Source: Octopus sinensis (taxonomy: Eukaryota). Taken from it: 64,000 nucleotides of DNA. Where the stretch lies: the NCBI RefSeq assembly GCF_006345805.1, contig NC_042998.1:108624001-108688000 (forward strand). Reading direction: 5' to 3'. Positions 1-13,350 of the stretch are shown one piece after another. Both the position numbers and the translations under genes were made by a program. Under the pieces are notes generated by a model that was given only the letters and a program-made list of their open reading frames with translations, was not told where the DNA came from and did no database searches. The number at the start of each line of letters is the position of its first letter. Positions within the stretch are counted from its first letter, which is position 1.

Positions 1-108
1 CAAAAAGCATGAGTTGATAATTTGTTGAGTCATTACTATCTATCTATATATCTATCTCCTCCCCCTCTCTCTCCACGCACACACACATATGTGTGTGTGT
101 ATATATAT

Positions 109-142
<34 letters not shown>

Positions 143-144
143 GT

Positions 145-195
<51 letters not shown>

Positions 196-214
196 AATAT
201 ATATATACATACAT

Positions 215-271
<57 letters not shown>

Positions 272-282
272 CATGTGACCGC

Positions 283-455
283 GTGTGTATCGTTGGCGAT
301 TTTCTTTCTCCGTCTTCCCTCCTTGGACCTTTCCTTTTTCTATGTTTCTGACGAAGAGCTCCGCTCGAAACGTTAAATCGTCCTTCTTTCTTTCCTTTTC
401 TGAGCGTCCAATAACACTATACTTGTTCCACGTCCTCGCGTTGTTGCGTATATAA
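283..455 (+). mobile_element. Short pyrimidine-rich interspersed repeat carrying a hammerhead motif (Penelope pLTR-like / retrozyme-like)
   Basis: Non-microsatellite island between (GT)n and (CATA)n tracts; contains CTGACGA...GAAAC hammerhead core. Boundaries approximate. Confidence 0.55.
345..377 (+). ncRNA. Minimal type I hammerhead ribozyme
   Basis: TTT-CTGACGA-A-GAGC(TCC)GCTC-GAAAC-GTT-AAA: core CUGANGA and GAAA, 4-bp stem II, stem I UUU/AAA, palindromic ACGU stem III, predicted cleavage after GUU (374). Confidence 0.7.
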
Positions 456-482
456 CTATATACATACATGCATACATACATG

Positions 483-514
<32 letters not shown>

Positions 515-543
515 CATACATACATACATACATACATACATAC

Positions 544-598
<55 letters not shown>

Positions 599-600
599 AA

Positions 601-1000
601 TCCCAGGGATCGGGGTGTAGGAAAAAGTTAGCTTCGAGCAATCCGCAATGAATATAAAAACCCAACTTTCTGGAACGATAGTGGATTATTGAGACTGAAG
701 GTTGCAGATATTTTTCCTTTATCGAAAGAACGATGAGCTGAAGAAAAGTTCTTTTTATATTCCCGAGTAGGGCACCATGGTTGCAGAGTGTGCGAAAAAG
801 AATACAAGAGTTACGGAATGGAGTATGAGAAATCCGGGCTACATATTTTTCATAGCGAGTGGAACCTTAAAAGTGGTAAAATCCAAGTAAGGTGTATACC
901 GCCGGCTACTCTTCAACCCAAGGATATCTTGATTAAAGGTTACATTGTTGCAAAGAGGATTAAATCAGAATGAGTGGAGGGCTCATTATGTAAGGAGTAT
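601..1000 (-). mobile_element. Possible N-terminal remnant of a Penelope-like element ORF (frameshifted)
   Basis: Minus-strand frames give ILGLKSSRRYTPYLDFTTFK / RYEKYVARIS.. / LVFFFAHS, loosely resembling PLE N-termini; no catalytic motif seen. Confidence 0.3.
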
Positions 1001-1523
1001 ATATATGAGGGGAGAAATAATAGAAAGGAAGGAAGAACAGAAAGAAAAATAAATAGATAAAAATAAAATAAAATATAAGGAGTGAGAGAAAGGAGGAATT
1101 AGACGGGTCGGTGACAGATAATATAGTAGTTTTAGCTTAAGGAACTAGTTTTTTTTCATTCGTAAAATATGCATTTTTTAAAAAAGAATAATGTAGTCTT
1201 CCAGTCTTATTGCTATGAAGGTATGATGTCGGGGAGAAAAGTTACTGAGGTTTAAAAATCAGAAAAACTATGTATTTTTAGCTAATAGCGAGACAGAAAT
1301 TTTCTGCGTTTAGCAGAGCGGTGTCAACTTTAAGATTGTACTCTGTGAAATTTATAGTTTAGTGTGTGTGACATGGCCTGTTCATTGTGAGCTTCCAAAT
1401 AAACAGAAATACCTAATAAAATCAACATGTATCATCTTACTGTTTCTTTTGTCTTTTCATTGATTGTATGTTTCAATTCTTTTTTAAAATTTGCTATATC
1501 ACTATATTTGTCTGCTTGGGGCT

Positions 1524-1935
1524 GCGAGCTGGCAGAATCGTTAGCACGCCAGGCGAACTGCCTGGCGGTATTTCGTCTGCCGTTACGTTGTGAGTTCAAA
1601 TTCCGCCGAGGTCGACTTTACCTTTCATCCTTTCGGGGTCGATAAATTAAGTACCAGTTACGCACTGGGGTCGATGTAATCGACTTAATACCTATGTCTG
1701 TCCTTGTTTGTCCCTTCTATGTTTAGCCCCTTGTGGGTAATAAAGAAATGGGTATTTCGTCTGCTGCTACGTTCTGAGTTCAAATTTCGCCGGGGTCGAC
1801 TTTGCCTTTCATCCTTTCGGGGTCGATTGAATAAGTACCAGTTACGCACTGGGGTAGATGTAATCGACTTAATCCCTTTGTCTGTCCTTGTTTGTCCCCT
1901 CTATGTTTAGCCTCCTGTGAGCAATAAAGTAATAA
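1524..1935 (+). mobile_element. Two head-to-tail tRNA-derived SINEs (family A); second copy 5'-truncated from ~1752
   Basis: gagctggcagaatcgttagcacgcc...gagttcaaattccgccgaggtcgactttgcctttcatcctttcggggtcgat body repeated twice; AATAAA-type tails. Confidence 0.85.
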
Positions 1936-1993
1936 ATATATTTATCTGCATGCATTCACTTTATGCGTATTTCGGTATTATGTATACCTGTCA

Positions 1994-2079
1994 TGTATTT
2001 GCGTACATCATTAACATATAAATGCATGTGGATGTATGTATTTGCGTACATCATTAACATATAAATGCATGTGGATGTA
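1994..2079. repeat. Exact 43-bp tandem duplication
   Basis: tgtatttgcgtacatcattaacatataaatgcatgtggatgta x2. Confidence 0.95.
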
Positions 2080-2685
2080 TGTATTCATATCTAAGTTTAT
2101 ATGTACCTTTATGCATTCGTGTGTGTGTGTGTGTGTGTGTGAGGGAGGCGTCTGTCACCAAAACTCCAAAGTTGTGTAACGTTTTTATGCTTGGATGTAA
2201 ACTTCGATAAGAATGGTACTGGTCAACAAAAAATTTGTCCCAAGGAACAGAATACCTGTATCTTATATGTTTTTGCATGCAGAATTAAAAAATAATGTCT
2301 GATTTTCTGTATCACCCACAGTTCCACGATATCCCTCTCAGTTTCTATTACGTGGGCTAAATTTCAGTTAAGCTGTTGAAATGTGAAGCTAACGGTTTAA
2401 GAAATGCCCCTAATTAAAATTTTTATGAATAGAATTAACCTAGTGAAATCATAAATGCAGCTATCTGAATCAACGAGTCCGTGAATATATATGAAAAACA
2501 TATGAAATGAGCAATATGTAAAAATACTAACACAGAAAAAGCACAGAAAAATACTAACACACAGAAGTACAGAAAAATATGTAATATACTAACACAGAAA
2601 AATTAAAACAAAACATGCGAGTGAAGAACCAAGTGTAAGAACCAAGTGTAAAAAAATCAACAAGTGAGCCACGACACAGTGTGCG

Positions 2686-2699
2686 GTTGTCATGGTAAC
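2686..2699. promoter_or_regulatory. RFX X-box-like motif with nearby reverse CCAAT (2726-2733)
   Basis: GTTGTCATGGTAAC fits GTHNYY-AT-RRNAAC; GATTGGCT lies 27 nt downstream. May simply be part of an old repeat. Confidence 0.3.
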
Positions 2700-3099
2700 A
2701 AGCTGCTAATGCCACGCTGTCTGTTGATTGGCTAAAATCCCCAAAATTCCCAACTTTAATTCCAAATAACATCAGTTTCTTTAATTTACGAGATAAAGGA
2801 ATTGGTTGATTGTAATTAAAAGTTGCGTCGATACACCAAAATTGAAAGCAATCTGATGAAAATATAAATAGGTTCATTTTGCGAATGAAAAAGACTAGAT
2901 CCTAGCTTAATCACAGAATTCAATAGTGTGATTGGCATTTGAGGAGAAGAGAAACTGGAGGGGAGAGAGTGAGGAATTCATTTGGTCGTGGGGGAAAAAG
3001 AATGTATGTATGGATAAAGCACGGTAGGGTGGAGAGTTTAAGCACAGCTAGTGGTCAACGGGTGTAAATTGGTACAAGAAAAACAACAACAACAAAAAA

Positions 3100-4920
3100 A
3101 CAATTGGTGAAGTTGTATGTTGGAGTACGTATTATGTATTTGTACGTTTCGGGTGGAAGAGTAGGAGTGGAGGGAGTAGAAAAATACAGAGAGAAGAATA
3201 TTTTAGGTAGTAAGTAAAAATACAGATAGAAAATTGTAACTGGCGATTAAGGAATTAAAAGGGAGGATAAAATATTGTTGGTTTAATACGCAGAGGTAGT
3301 GAGGGTGGATGAGTAGGAAAAATAATATATGTGAGTTATGGGGAAACAAGAGCGAGGTGGGGTTGTAATTATTGGTATTTTGAGAACAGATTTAGCTTCC
3401 AATGTTTGCAGGTGAATATTATATTGCTGTGGTTCATTGAGACAGTCCGTGAATTGCAAAATAGCCTTATTAATTTCTTAAGGTTTGGCCTGGATGATTG
3501 TGGACTATTTGAGAAAGTAACGAGTTGAGTCAAACGTTAGTTTATTGATCAGTTGAGATAACGACGGACTGTTAGATTTTGTATAGGATTTGAAGCTGGA
3601 GTAGTGATTGCTCTTCCTAGCTTTGAAAGTGGTGCTACATGAGCCGATGTAAATGTAGTTGCAGTTGTTAGTTGATACTGTGCACATATCAACTATGTTT
3701 TTAGTGAGACAGCGGTTATCTAAACTACAGGAGGTTGAATGTCTGCAGCTGCATATGTTTGTAGGCAGTGTTCTGGATGAGCTTGTGAGGGGGTTGTTAC
3801 TTGGTGAGGAATCGGTGTTTGGTTCGTTATTATAGTTGGTCTAAGGTTATCAATTGCTAAGGGGTTGTATGGTATGATAATTATTGTGTCCGGTGGTATC
3901 CTTTGTAGTATTCTCTATTATGGCAGGAGGCATATTTGAGTATTGTAGTAAATTTAATGGTTGGGTGTTAGCAATGACACTATAGTTGTAGCTATGAGGG
4001 TTTGTTTTGTTATGGGAGTCAGTTGGTGTATATGTATGAAGTTAGGGGTTATGTTGAATTAATTTACTAGGATGGGGGTGAGCCGTTGGTGAATTTCGGA
4101 GTTTCTTGTTTTTGAGATGTTGGATAACTCCGGCATTGGTAGAGTAAGAAATTTTATAGATTGGAGGTTAAATATTTTTCTAAAGGAGAAGTTTTTCGAG
4201 TAGGGCGAAGAAGAGATTGGGTACTCGAGTTTGGACGTTAAGGGTGAAGGGGAAGGACCATATGATGTCTCGGGTTCTAGTTCATTTTTTCCGATTAGGT
4301 AGGTTACCTGGTGGAGATAGAGTTTTGGATGTGTATGTTGGTGTCTGTTTAGGTGGATTGTGGTGTATATAGGATTAGGAGGTTATCTGGTAGAGAGGTG
4401 TTCGTTAGGTTGATTGCTACTCCAATATTTGGGTGGGCATTTTAGGGGTAGGGTAGGGGGTTAGGTCTATCATATGGGGGTTGGGAACTGTTTTTGGTTT
4501 GGGTTTAGTTGAGAGAGGGATGTCCATTTATGAGGATGTATTCAATTGAATGTTTACACGTTGTAGGGCACAGTTGTAATATTCAGCATATTGATCGAAT
4601 AAATCATGATTAGCAGATAATAAGGGGATCCGGTAGGATATGCTTTCTACAATATATTTTAGAACGGAGGATACACATGAATATACGTATGCATAGATAC
4701 ATTTAAATATCTTGCCTTTGTAAATGTATAAAAAAAACCCAGTGATGTTGCAACATCTCATTACTTCAATCACTACACTTGTGTTACCCACACTGATATG
4801 CCATTGGTCATACTTCCCCCACAAGATGTACCTGAACATATAATCGTTATTTAAGACTACACAACTCACTGTGAGTTCCAGCCAATCACCGACACATACT
4901 AGAAGTCATTGTGAACCTTT
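3100..4920 (-). mobile_element. Degenerate Penelope-like retroelement (RT C-terminus + GIY-YIG endonuclease + 3' region)
   Basis: Minus frames: SSVLKYIVESISYRIP..DLFDQYAEYYNCAL, NIIWSFPFTLNVQTRVP, CTVSTNNCNYIYIGSCSTTFKARKSNH (GIY-YIG-type YIG); many stops and frameshifts. Confidence 0.8.
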
Positions 4921-5584
4921 TTCAGTATATATATAAATATTTTTTTTGGAACGGTGGATCTCGAAACAAATAAAGCTATAGTTAATTGCGTATAAATATT
5001 GCGTTAAAGCCATTGGATAGAAAATGTCAAAGGTCTCTATATGTATATGTGTGAGTGTTTGCACGTGAATGAGTATGTATGTATTTTTTGAGGCGACAAA
5101 TTGACAATTTCTAGCTGATGTGTTTGTGGATATTTGATATATTTTATGCTAAATAATTTCTCATTTTGCATAGTTATTTTTTTTAACAGACATCAAGATC
5201 ATTACCGTCACTCATTTTAGTTTTTGTGTTATTTATCTATATATCAATTTACTACTTTATTCCTAAAAATACCCCAGTAACTTAACTCAATTAAAACTAG
5301 GTTTCTTAAAAGACACAGACATACACAGTTTTTGTTATAATATCTAGCAGCACTCACTCTAGATTTCCGTGAACAAAATGATGGAATTTACATTTCATTA
5401 CAAGTCAACGAAATTATTTAAAGTAAATTTGTTTTAGTCATTGCACGTAATTAAATATATATCCTGAAAGATAATATGATATATTCAGTACATATCATCG
5501 ATTTACAATTCCGCTTATTTAGTCTGTACATAATTGTGTAGCGACATTTATAATTAGATGAAAGTTTTCGTGTAGGTATGCATT

Positions 5585-5968
5585 TTTTATCTTTTACTTG
5601 CTTTACTCATTAGACATGCTGGAGCACTACTGAAAGGTTTGGTCGAACAAATCGACCCTAATGTTTTTCTATCGGTTTCTCGTTGTCGAATCGCTAAGTC
5701 ACGAGGACGTAAACAATTTAACACCGATTGTCAAGCGGTGATAATACAGACACAAACACAAAAGCACGTGCTCACTCGCACGCACTCGCACGCACGCGCA
5801 CACACACGCACACGCACACACACACACATGACAGGCTTCTTTTAGTTTTCGATTACTAAATCCGCTCACAAAGCTTAATAGAAGACACTTGCCCAACGTG
5901 CCACGCTGTAGCACTGAATCCAGAACCATGTGGTTGGGAAGCAAACATTTCACTATACAACTATGCTG
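5585..5968 (-). mobile_element. SINE family B (CORE-like), with internal microsatellite
   Basis: Reverse complement matches the family B copies at 26383 and 41293 (gttgggcaagtgtcttct, tgtgtttgtgtctgt, ggtcgatttgttcgac). Confidence 0.8.
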
Positions 5969-6584
5969 TGAACCAGAAAATGGATCTACCTAGGTTTTGA
6001 AGTTGTACAGTTTCCGTCAACTTACGTGGATGAGAAAAGTGTACCCTTCAAGCAAATTTCAGGTTAAATCAGCGTGTGTAGATTGTATGACATACTCGGC
6101 CATATGAAAAACAGCTTCAGTTCATTCGACGGACTTCTACAGTTTTTGTTTGTGCAAACTTACAAGACTGAGATAACTGAGAGAGGATACATTCGAAAAT
6201 ATAGTTTGGGTATGCCTAACAAGTTGAAGTGGTTATGATTTGAACTCCGTTCCTAGTAAGTTTTCTCAGCGAAGGTTGAGCTGGGGACATAACGACAAAA
6301 AAATTTTGATGTTTTATTGATCTACCTGTAGTTTATTATTTACACCGTATATAGTTGGTATAAATCAAACTGAATGATTTGCAGATTAAATGCTAGCGAT
6401 TTTCTGTTTGTTCTGATTTAGTCGAAGTTGACATTCATTTAATCATTCCGGGGTTGATAAAATAATTGATATTTACGATTAAATATTATTCTCTAATCTA
6501 GGCACATAACTCACTTAACAAACATATGTATTATATCTTTCTACTTTATAAAGGTTAAAAAGCAGTCATTTTGCATGTTGCGAT

Positions 6585-6725
6585 AGAAAGGAAGTCAATT
6601 AACTCACCCCCAGTATTTGATTAGTACTTTATTCTACCAATTCCAGAAAAATTACGAGCAAAATTAATCATGATAGGATTTCAACTCAGAACATAAATAG
6701 CCTCAACAATAATCGCAATGCGTTT
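6585..6725 (-). mobile_element. Degenerate SINE family A fragment
   Basis: aagtcaattaactcacccccagtatttgattagtactttatt...atttcaactcagaac resembles the reverse complement of family A. Confidence 0.5.
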
Positions 6726-9700
6726 TCGGTTGCTCTAAATGTCCTGTCAATCTAATATACAAAATGTTCGAAAAATCTTCTAAATTATAATGTAACTGAG
6801 TAATATGTATTGATAAAATAACCTAGCATTTTAGTGAACATTATTATTACTGTTGTTGATTTATCTTATGTAAGCCTAACTGAGCAGCCTAGACGTTTCC
6901 AATCATGGTTATTTCAAATTTTTCAGATACAGCATATCTGGAACAACATTATTAATATGCTCTGTCAATCATTTCTTTTTTTGCGGGGCGAGTATGGACA
7001 ATTATAAGATATTGTAGCTGGTCGAGCGCCCTAGTTGGTTGTACTAAAAATAATATTTCATATTAACGTAAGATCATTGATTTATATTCCTTACACTCAG
7101 AGAACACATTGAGATTAGAATTCAGTATTCAAAGTAATTATTAATGATTGACCTAGGCATCCCTCTATTACTGAAAATTCCTGATAATATTAATATTTTA
7201 AGGAAAGATATTAACAAAATGGTAGCAGTATTCATGTTAAATATGTTTTGCATCGTGGCTGGGAAGATTGAGAATAAGAAAGATTTTGGACTTACAAATT
7301 GGGAGTGTACTCTTTTGCTTCCTTTTCTTTTTTTATCGGATTTAAGATAGGTGTTTAATGAAATATATCATGCTCAGCTGTGAGGTTAAAACATTTGCGC
7401 TGCAATCATAACATTTAACAAGTAGCGGACTACGGACCAAACACTCAACTAAAAGCCTTAGAGAGCAGTAACATTGCATGGTCATGTCTATTGACTGGAA
7501 CCAGTCAAAGGGTAAAAAAAATACAGATTATTGAATACAATATAATATAATATAATATGATGTGTGTATAAATTTCTTTTCGATGTGAAAGGTATTATGG
7601 ATTAAAATCTAATCTTATACCTCTTTCAAACATGTTTAGGGATATGTAATTGAACTTCTTCCTGAAACATATCAGATAGCCCGCGTAATCCAAACAAGTT
7701 GATTTCGTGGTTACTAATCCATGTTTTATGTATTTTTCTGGTTTGAGGAAAATTAAGTTAAACATCATTCCTAAAATCTTCAATCTCTGACAATGATGAA
7801 GCAAAATGTTTATATTTTCAGTATAGTTATAGACATTGCATCACCATGAAGGATAAATAGCATTTATTTCTGCTCAATTTTACTCCAATATCGCTGCCCA
7901 TAATTAGTTCATGATTCTAATTTTTTTCTTGAAACGTCGTTTTGTAATGTACATAATTACCAGTATTGCATCATGAACTACGCGCTGTAATCATTAACTA
8001 AATTAAGCAAATTTTGATTTCAATAAGTAATAATTAGAATTATTTGCACAATAAACGTCCTGTCTTAGTGACCGTCGTGAATTATATCTAGTAAATGAAA
8101 ATTAAAACGAAATTAATCTTCAGGAATATATCTATTGATTACATCATATCAATCTCTCAAAGCGATCCTATATCCATTCAATCATACTTCTGTCGAAACC
8201 ACTTTAAAAAAAAAAACTCTTTCGCAAATTATAGTATGGCTTACAATGCGTTGCTTACCTATGCTTTTTAATTGAATTGAATTAAGCTTTGTAAGTTTTT
8301 GACAAAAACATAATTAGAAGCCTAATATGGGTGACATTGAGAAAGCAACTCATAAATAAACGAAGCTCTCGAATCCATGTCTCTAGACACACACACACAC
8401 ACACACATACACACACAGAGTCGCATGTCTATGTATGTATGTATGTATGTATGTATACGCGCATAGGTACACCATGATCTATACTCACGTAGACGAGGGC
8501 CGATTCATATGATAGAGAAAGTGAACAGAATGAAATACTTATTGAAAATATTGCATAGTAACGTCTTTCAATGATGGCAGGTGAATCAAACGTACTGTGG
8601 TACGCTGTATGATATAAATAATATGACCGCTTGCTTACTGGAAAAACTGTAAGTTCGATTTAATTTTTTCTTTTTCTAAATTATCACCATTGTAGGTATT
8701 TAAATTAAGGAATCAACTCGTAAGTAAACGAAACCATCGAATCCATCACTGCCCCCCACCCCACAGAGTCATATATCTATGCATTTATGCATGTTTGGAG
8801 ATAATCAAACCGAATTTTCATCATTTCAAACCACTCACCCAATGAATATTTCTGCCAAACTTGGTTAAAATCCATTCACCAGTTTTCCAGTAATTTTGCA
8901 AACACAAACAAAGACGAGTGATTACAATACTCTGCTTTGGCTTACGCGCGCAGGTTACTGAAATTATCGTAACAATTTACGGAACACTGTTACACAGTAT
9001 TTTTTTAAACGACAGTCTTTGATATTTATGAAGAATTTGATGACAATCGTATTTGATATCTGCTAAACTGTCATCAAATGATGTTTACTCAAACTTTAGT
9101 TAGCAGCTCGAGGTTGTAACGAGTTATGTTTGTTGGACTCTATTTCCCCGAAGATAATCTACTTCCTTGTTGTAGCTAAAATTCTTTTGTTCTTGGTCTT
9201 GGATGTAGCATGATATAAGTTCCTAGATCAATCTTTGTCTCATACCTTTTTGTTACACATTTCTGTAACATGCTCATTAAAATGGAATGATTCTCACTAT
9301 CTTTTCTTGCACAAAAAAAAATCATGTCAAAATTATTGTTTTACAGGAACTTTCGATTTCATTATAGGAACAGTGTTTGATACTATAAGTTTCCAGATAC
9401 TTTCTTTTGTTATACAATGATATGATATTGTTTTTCGGTTTACTTGGGAAATAACAATTAGACAAAATTGCACATATTTTATTTCCATGAATTTGTATTA
9501 ATTAACAAGATATGGCAACTTTTCATTCGGATGATTTGTAATATATTCCCACTTGTTGATGTTATAATAATACTCTGTACGAAATTTATCATATTTCCTG
9601 AAACGGCATTTTTTATACATTCCGTTTGTGAATATTGCTTGACTGCTTCAACAGAACTTCGAGTATCATTTAGGAAAACTGGAAGAATCAAAACAATTTC

Positions 9701-9981
9701 AGTAACTAAGTTTTTATTAATATTCTTCAAGTTACCTATTTTAAATCTTAAAAATATTATTTACTATTTCTATTGGCACAATAGATTTAAAATGTTTTCA
9801 AGTGAACTTTGATAAAATTAGGGAGTTTAACTCAGAAGTCGTAGAGCAAACATTTATCGTAAATAATATTTACTTTAACAATTTCACACATGAAAAATAT
9901 ACATGAAATTACATACCATGCTCTCTTGCTTTCAAAATATCCTTCACGTAAAATGTACACATGTAAAATAATGAAAGAATA

Positions 9982-10111
<130 letters not shown>

Positions 10112-10439
10112 TTTTCATTATTTTTCTTTCGTTCATTTTAATCCGCTTTTCAGTTCTTGCCTTTCCTGCATTAGCTCTTATTTTTCCAACTAAAAGATAA
10201 CACATTCATATACAACACGCGCGCACACACACACACTTACACACGCACATACACACGCACACACACGCATACACTGACACTTATATACACACACACAAAC
10301 ACACACATACGCCCACGTGCGCGCACACACATACACACACGTGTACATGTATGCATATGCATGTATGTTTATATATGTGTCCATGGGTTACTCCATACTT
10401 TTGTAGAATACAAATTTATTCTTATACAAGAATGTTGTT

Positions 10440-11160
10440 GAAAGTGACTTTGAAGTTTCGACCAGCGAAACCATCATCGTACTGCGGTCATTAGAGTTAG
10501 TCTTGCCTTTTAACTCTCTGCTGAGTTAAAAGCATCTTTGGGTGTGTGGGTTTGAGTGGGATGGTGATTAAATTTTTCTAAACAGTTGCAATGGGGAGGT
10601 GTTTTGATAAGATTTTATTGATTAAATTTGGTGTTATGTTATTATGTAGTATTTATTCATGCAAGTAGGACTTTGTAAACAAGCCTGTAGGTACTTCTCT
10701 TTTGTTGAGTAGATACAAGGTGTGACAGTATTCTTGTTGCTTTTGGTATTATTGTGTTTAATCCTTTTGCTTTGACAATATAAAGGTCGAAAATATAAAG
10801 TCCAGTATTTAAGCCCTTAGTAATTGGGTGTGTCAAATTTTTCACAAAAGTCTGCAGGTAGGTTGTAAGTTTAGTCTGGTCCTATATTGTTTTTTCAGGA
10901 TATTCCCTGTTTTCATTTGTAAGATTGGGGTTATTTTTTAGGTATGTTATGGCTTTGTTAGTATAGAAAATTGTTTCTCTTGTGCTTTGATGTTCACAAG
11001 AATATTTGAGTAAAGGATGTATGTTTATATGTTTCTCTCTATATGTTCATTGTTCTATAAGTAATTTTATTAGAATATAGGGATTTGAAACTTCCTGTTT
11101 TGTCGCAATAGAGTTTGTTTGGTGTTTGTTTATAAAGTTTCTTCAACATCTGTTCAAGAT
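10440..11160 (-). mobile_element. Degenerate Penelope-like 3' fragment ending in a decayed hammerhead-like motif
   Basis: AC-rich minus strand resembling the 3100-4920 element (e.g. CIYSTKEKYLQACL); minus strand 10484-10443 reads agt-ACGATGA-tggtttcgctggtc-GAAAC-ttcaaa-GTC-act. Confidence 0.5.
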
Positions 11161-11189
11161 ATATGCTGAAGTGGGTCTGGAATAGAGGG

Positions 11190-11285
11190 TATTTATTTTT
11201 ATTTCTTTTATTTGCTTCAGTCATTTGACTACTGCCATGCTGGAGCAAAGCCTTTAGTCAACCAAATCGACCCTAGGACTTGTAT
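11190..11285 (-). mobile_element. SINE family B 3' tail fragment
   Basis: Reverse complement: ggtcgatttggttgactaaaggctttgctccagcatggcagtagtcaaatgactgaagc. Confidence 0.75.
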
Positions 11286-11339
11286 AAATATGCGAAGAAA
11301 AATATAATTTGAATTTAAAATAAACTACAAACATGATGA

Positions 11340-11595
11340 CTCAAGAACGTATTTGTCTGAGCGATTTGATCGTGGAACGCCGAAAACACAAATCCTAGTG
11401 GACTGGTCATGTCACAAAACTCGCAGATACCAGACAGGCCCGTGCAGTTGTCGAGTGGTACCCAAGAAATTGGAAGAAACCGTTTGGTAGACAATTTGAG
11501 ACAATGAGAAGGGGTCATAGTAAAATAGAATCGGGTCGAAATGGAAGAGAAAGAGGCAACCCAAGAAAGAATGGAAACATATTGCAATCAGTAAT
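11340..11595 (+). mobile_element. RTE-clade LINE C-terminal fragment
   Basis: Translates to ..WTGHVTKLADTRQARAVVEWYPRNWKKPFGRQ.., the typical RTE W(A/T)GHV.R..D.RW...V.EW.PR..KRP.GRP segment. Confidence 0.75.
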
Positions 11596-12699
11596 GAATA
11601 AGGACATTTCATAGTCTGGATGTTAGTTTTGCTCGCATATACATATTTCAGATCGCATCTACAATCTGTATTACATGTGCTCAGTTCACTTCGTTAGCTT
11701 ACTACATATGGAAAACGATATTGACAAGATAATGACGATAAAGTTAATTGTCTATATAATCTAAATACATTCTTTGGGTTAGATCACATTTCGACATATT
11801 CATTTGAATCTATTTATCCCAAAAGTAACAGAAGTAACTATGCCATTGCCTATTTACAGAAGCATTTTTTAAGTCTGCTTTTTCTATTGACTCACTAATG
11901 TAAAAACTTCAAGTTAATTGCTCAGGGATAGATAATTATTTTATATAACGTTCAAACAATCGTCACAAATGCAAAACTTTACATTTACCACTAAACGGAT
12001 TCAATATATCGACCGATACAATCATCGCTGCAAGCTACTAGACTGACAGTAAAAATTGTTTATTGAAGAAAAAAAAATTAAAGCAAATGAGCTCGAAAAT
12101 TGACAATTGTCTAATCGATAGGATATTTGATATTAGCAAAGAAATTAATTTGCTGGTTAGTGGCGGGTTAGGTTGCTAGCTAGTAACAAGGAAATTGTTA
12201 GGTAATCACACGGAAGTGAGCTTATTTCATGTAATTAATGGGGATTTATTTTTCAGTTATTCAATTAAATAAGACAGTTCATGACGATGACACATTCAAA
12301 CACTCATGCACTCACATGCACATAAACACTCATATACACACCATGCACACTATAAACTCACACACTCATGCACACCATAAGCTCACATATACCTTCACCC
12401 ACAAGCACTCATACACTCATATATTCTACACACTCACACTCATACACACTAAAATTCACTTACACTCATGCACACGTACATTCACGTCTGCACACGCGCG
12501 CGCACACACTAAATCACAAACTTACATATTTCTTCATACAATCTCACACATATGCGCCCATTTACTAAACTTTAGTCATTTTACCTTAGCTACTTTTTAA
12601 ACAATTCCACAAAAAAAAAATAATGAGAATTTTAGTAACAGGATTCGATCTACACATCACTGACTAACCATCATGACGAAAACATTGGCTTTCTGGAAT

Positions 12700-13350
12700 A
12701 TTGTTATCTGTTTGTTTATTTATTTATACATGTTAACACAGGTCTCTTTACGGGTGTTAAAGAAGAGTTTAGATAGAGATTTAATTTGTAGAGAGAACGG
12801 TGGTGCGAACCATAAGACCTCCCGTTTATTTTAAGTATTTCAGTTAAATTTTAAGTGGAGCTGGTTTACAAAGGTTAGCCATATCAAGTGCTTTCTGGGG
12901 GATATCACGTTCATTGATATTTCATTTGTTTCTCACTTCACTGCAGTTTGTAGTTCGTTGTTATTCTCCTACCTCATGCCCCACTCAATTATATTTGACT
13001 CAACCGCCATGACATACAATTCTTCCTCTAAACTTTGATATGGCTCGTTCTTATTTCTTACCTATTTCCAGTCTGAGATTATTAATGTGGTTCTTTTTAA
13101 CTGATCTACCTCTTCATATCTCTCATTGCTTAGCATTATAGCCATTGTCTATACATCTTGTACCGATAGGGAACAATTCATATTATCTGACATAGCTTGA
13201 GCAACCCTACCTTATCTCTCCTCTCTTCCATTCAGCTTGGTCTTTCCTTGTGTCTTTCTCTCTCCTCCATTTTTTTGATCTCTCAATCATTTCCTTTACC
13301 TGCATTCCTAACTATAACTCCCCTCGTCTAACAAACACTCATTTTTCTCC
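12700..13350 (-). mobile_element. Highly degenerate Penelope-like RT remnant
   Basis: Minus frames: MLSNERYEEVD, EEELYVMAVESNI (motif A-like), (F)KFN*KYLK*TGGLMV (motif B-like, FKFNGKYYKQ..GL.MG). Confidence 0.5.

Noticed and set aside
22-577. Numerous [16 protein letters not shown] ORFs here and throughout the track
   Set aside because: Translations of (TA)n, (GT)n, (CA)n and (TCTA)n tracts.
3121-3160. GAAACGUAC...UACGUA stem III-like motif on the minus strand at the PLE 3' end
   Set aside because: No CUGANGA core upstream, so not a supportable hammerhead.
7595-7804. Possible mariner C-terminal remnant (FLKPEKYIKHG)
   Set aside because: Similarity too weak to call by eye.
9235-9812. 114-aa and 83-aa ORFs with a nearby acceptor-like ttttacag
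   Set aside because: No recognisable domain, no matched donor, and AT-rich hydrophobic bias.
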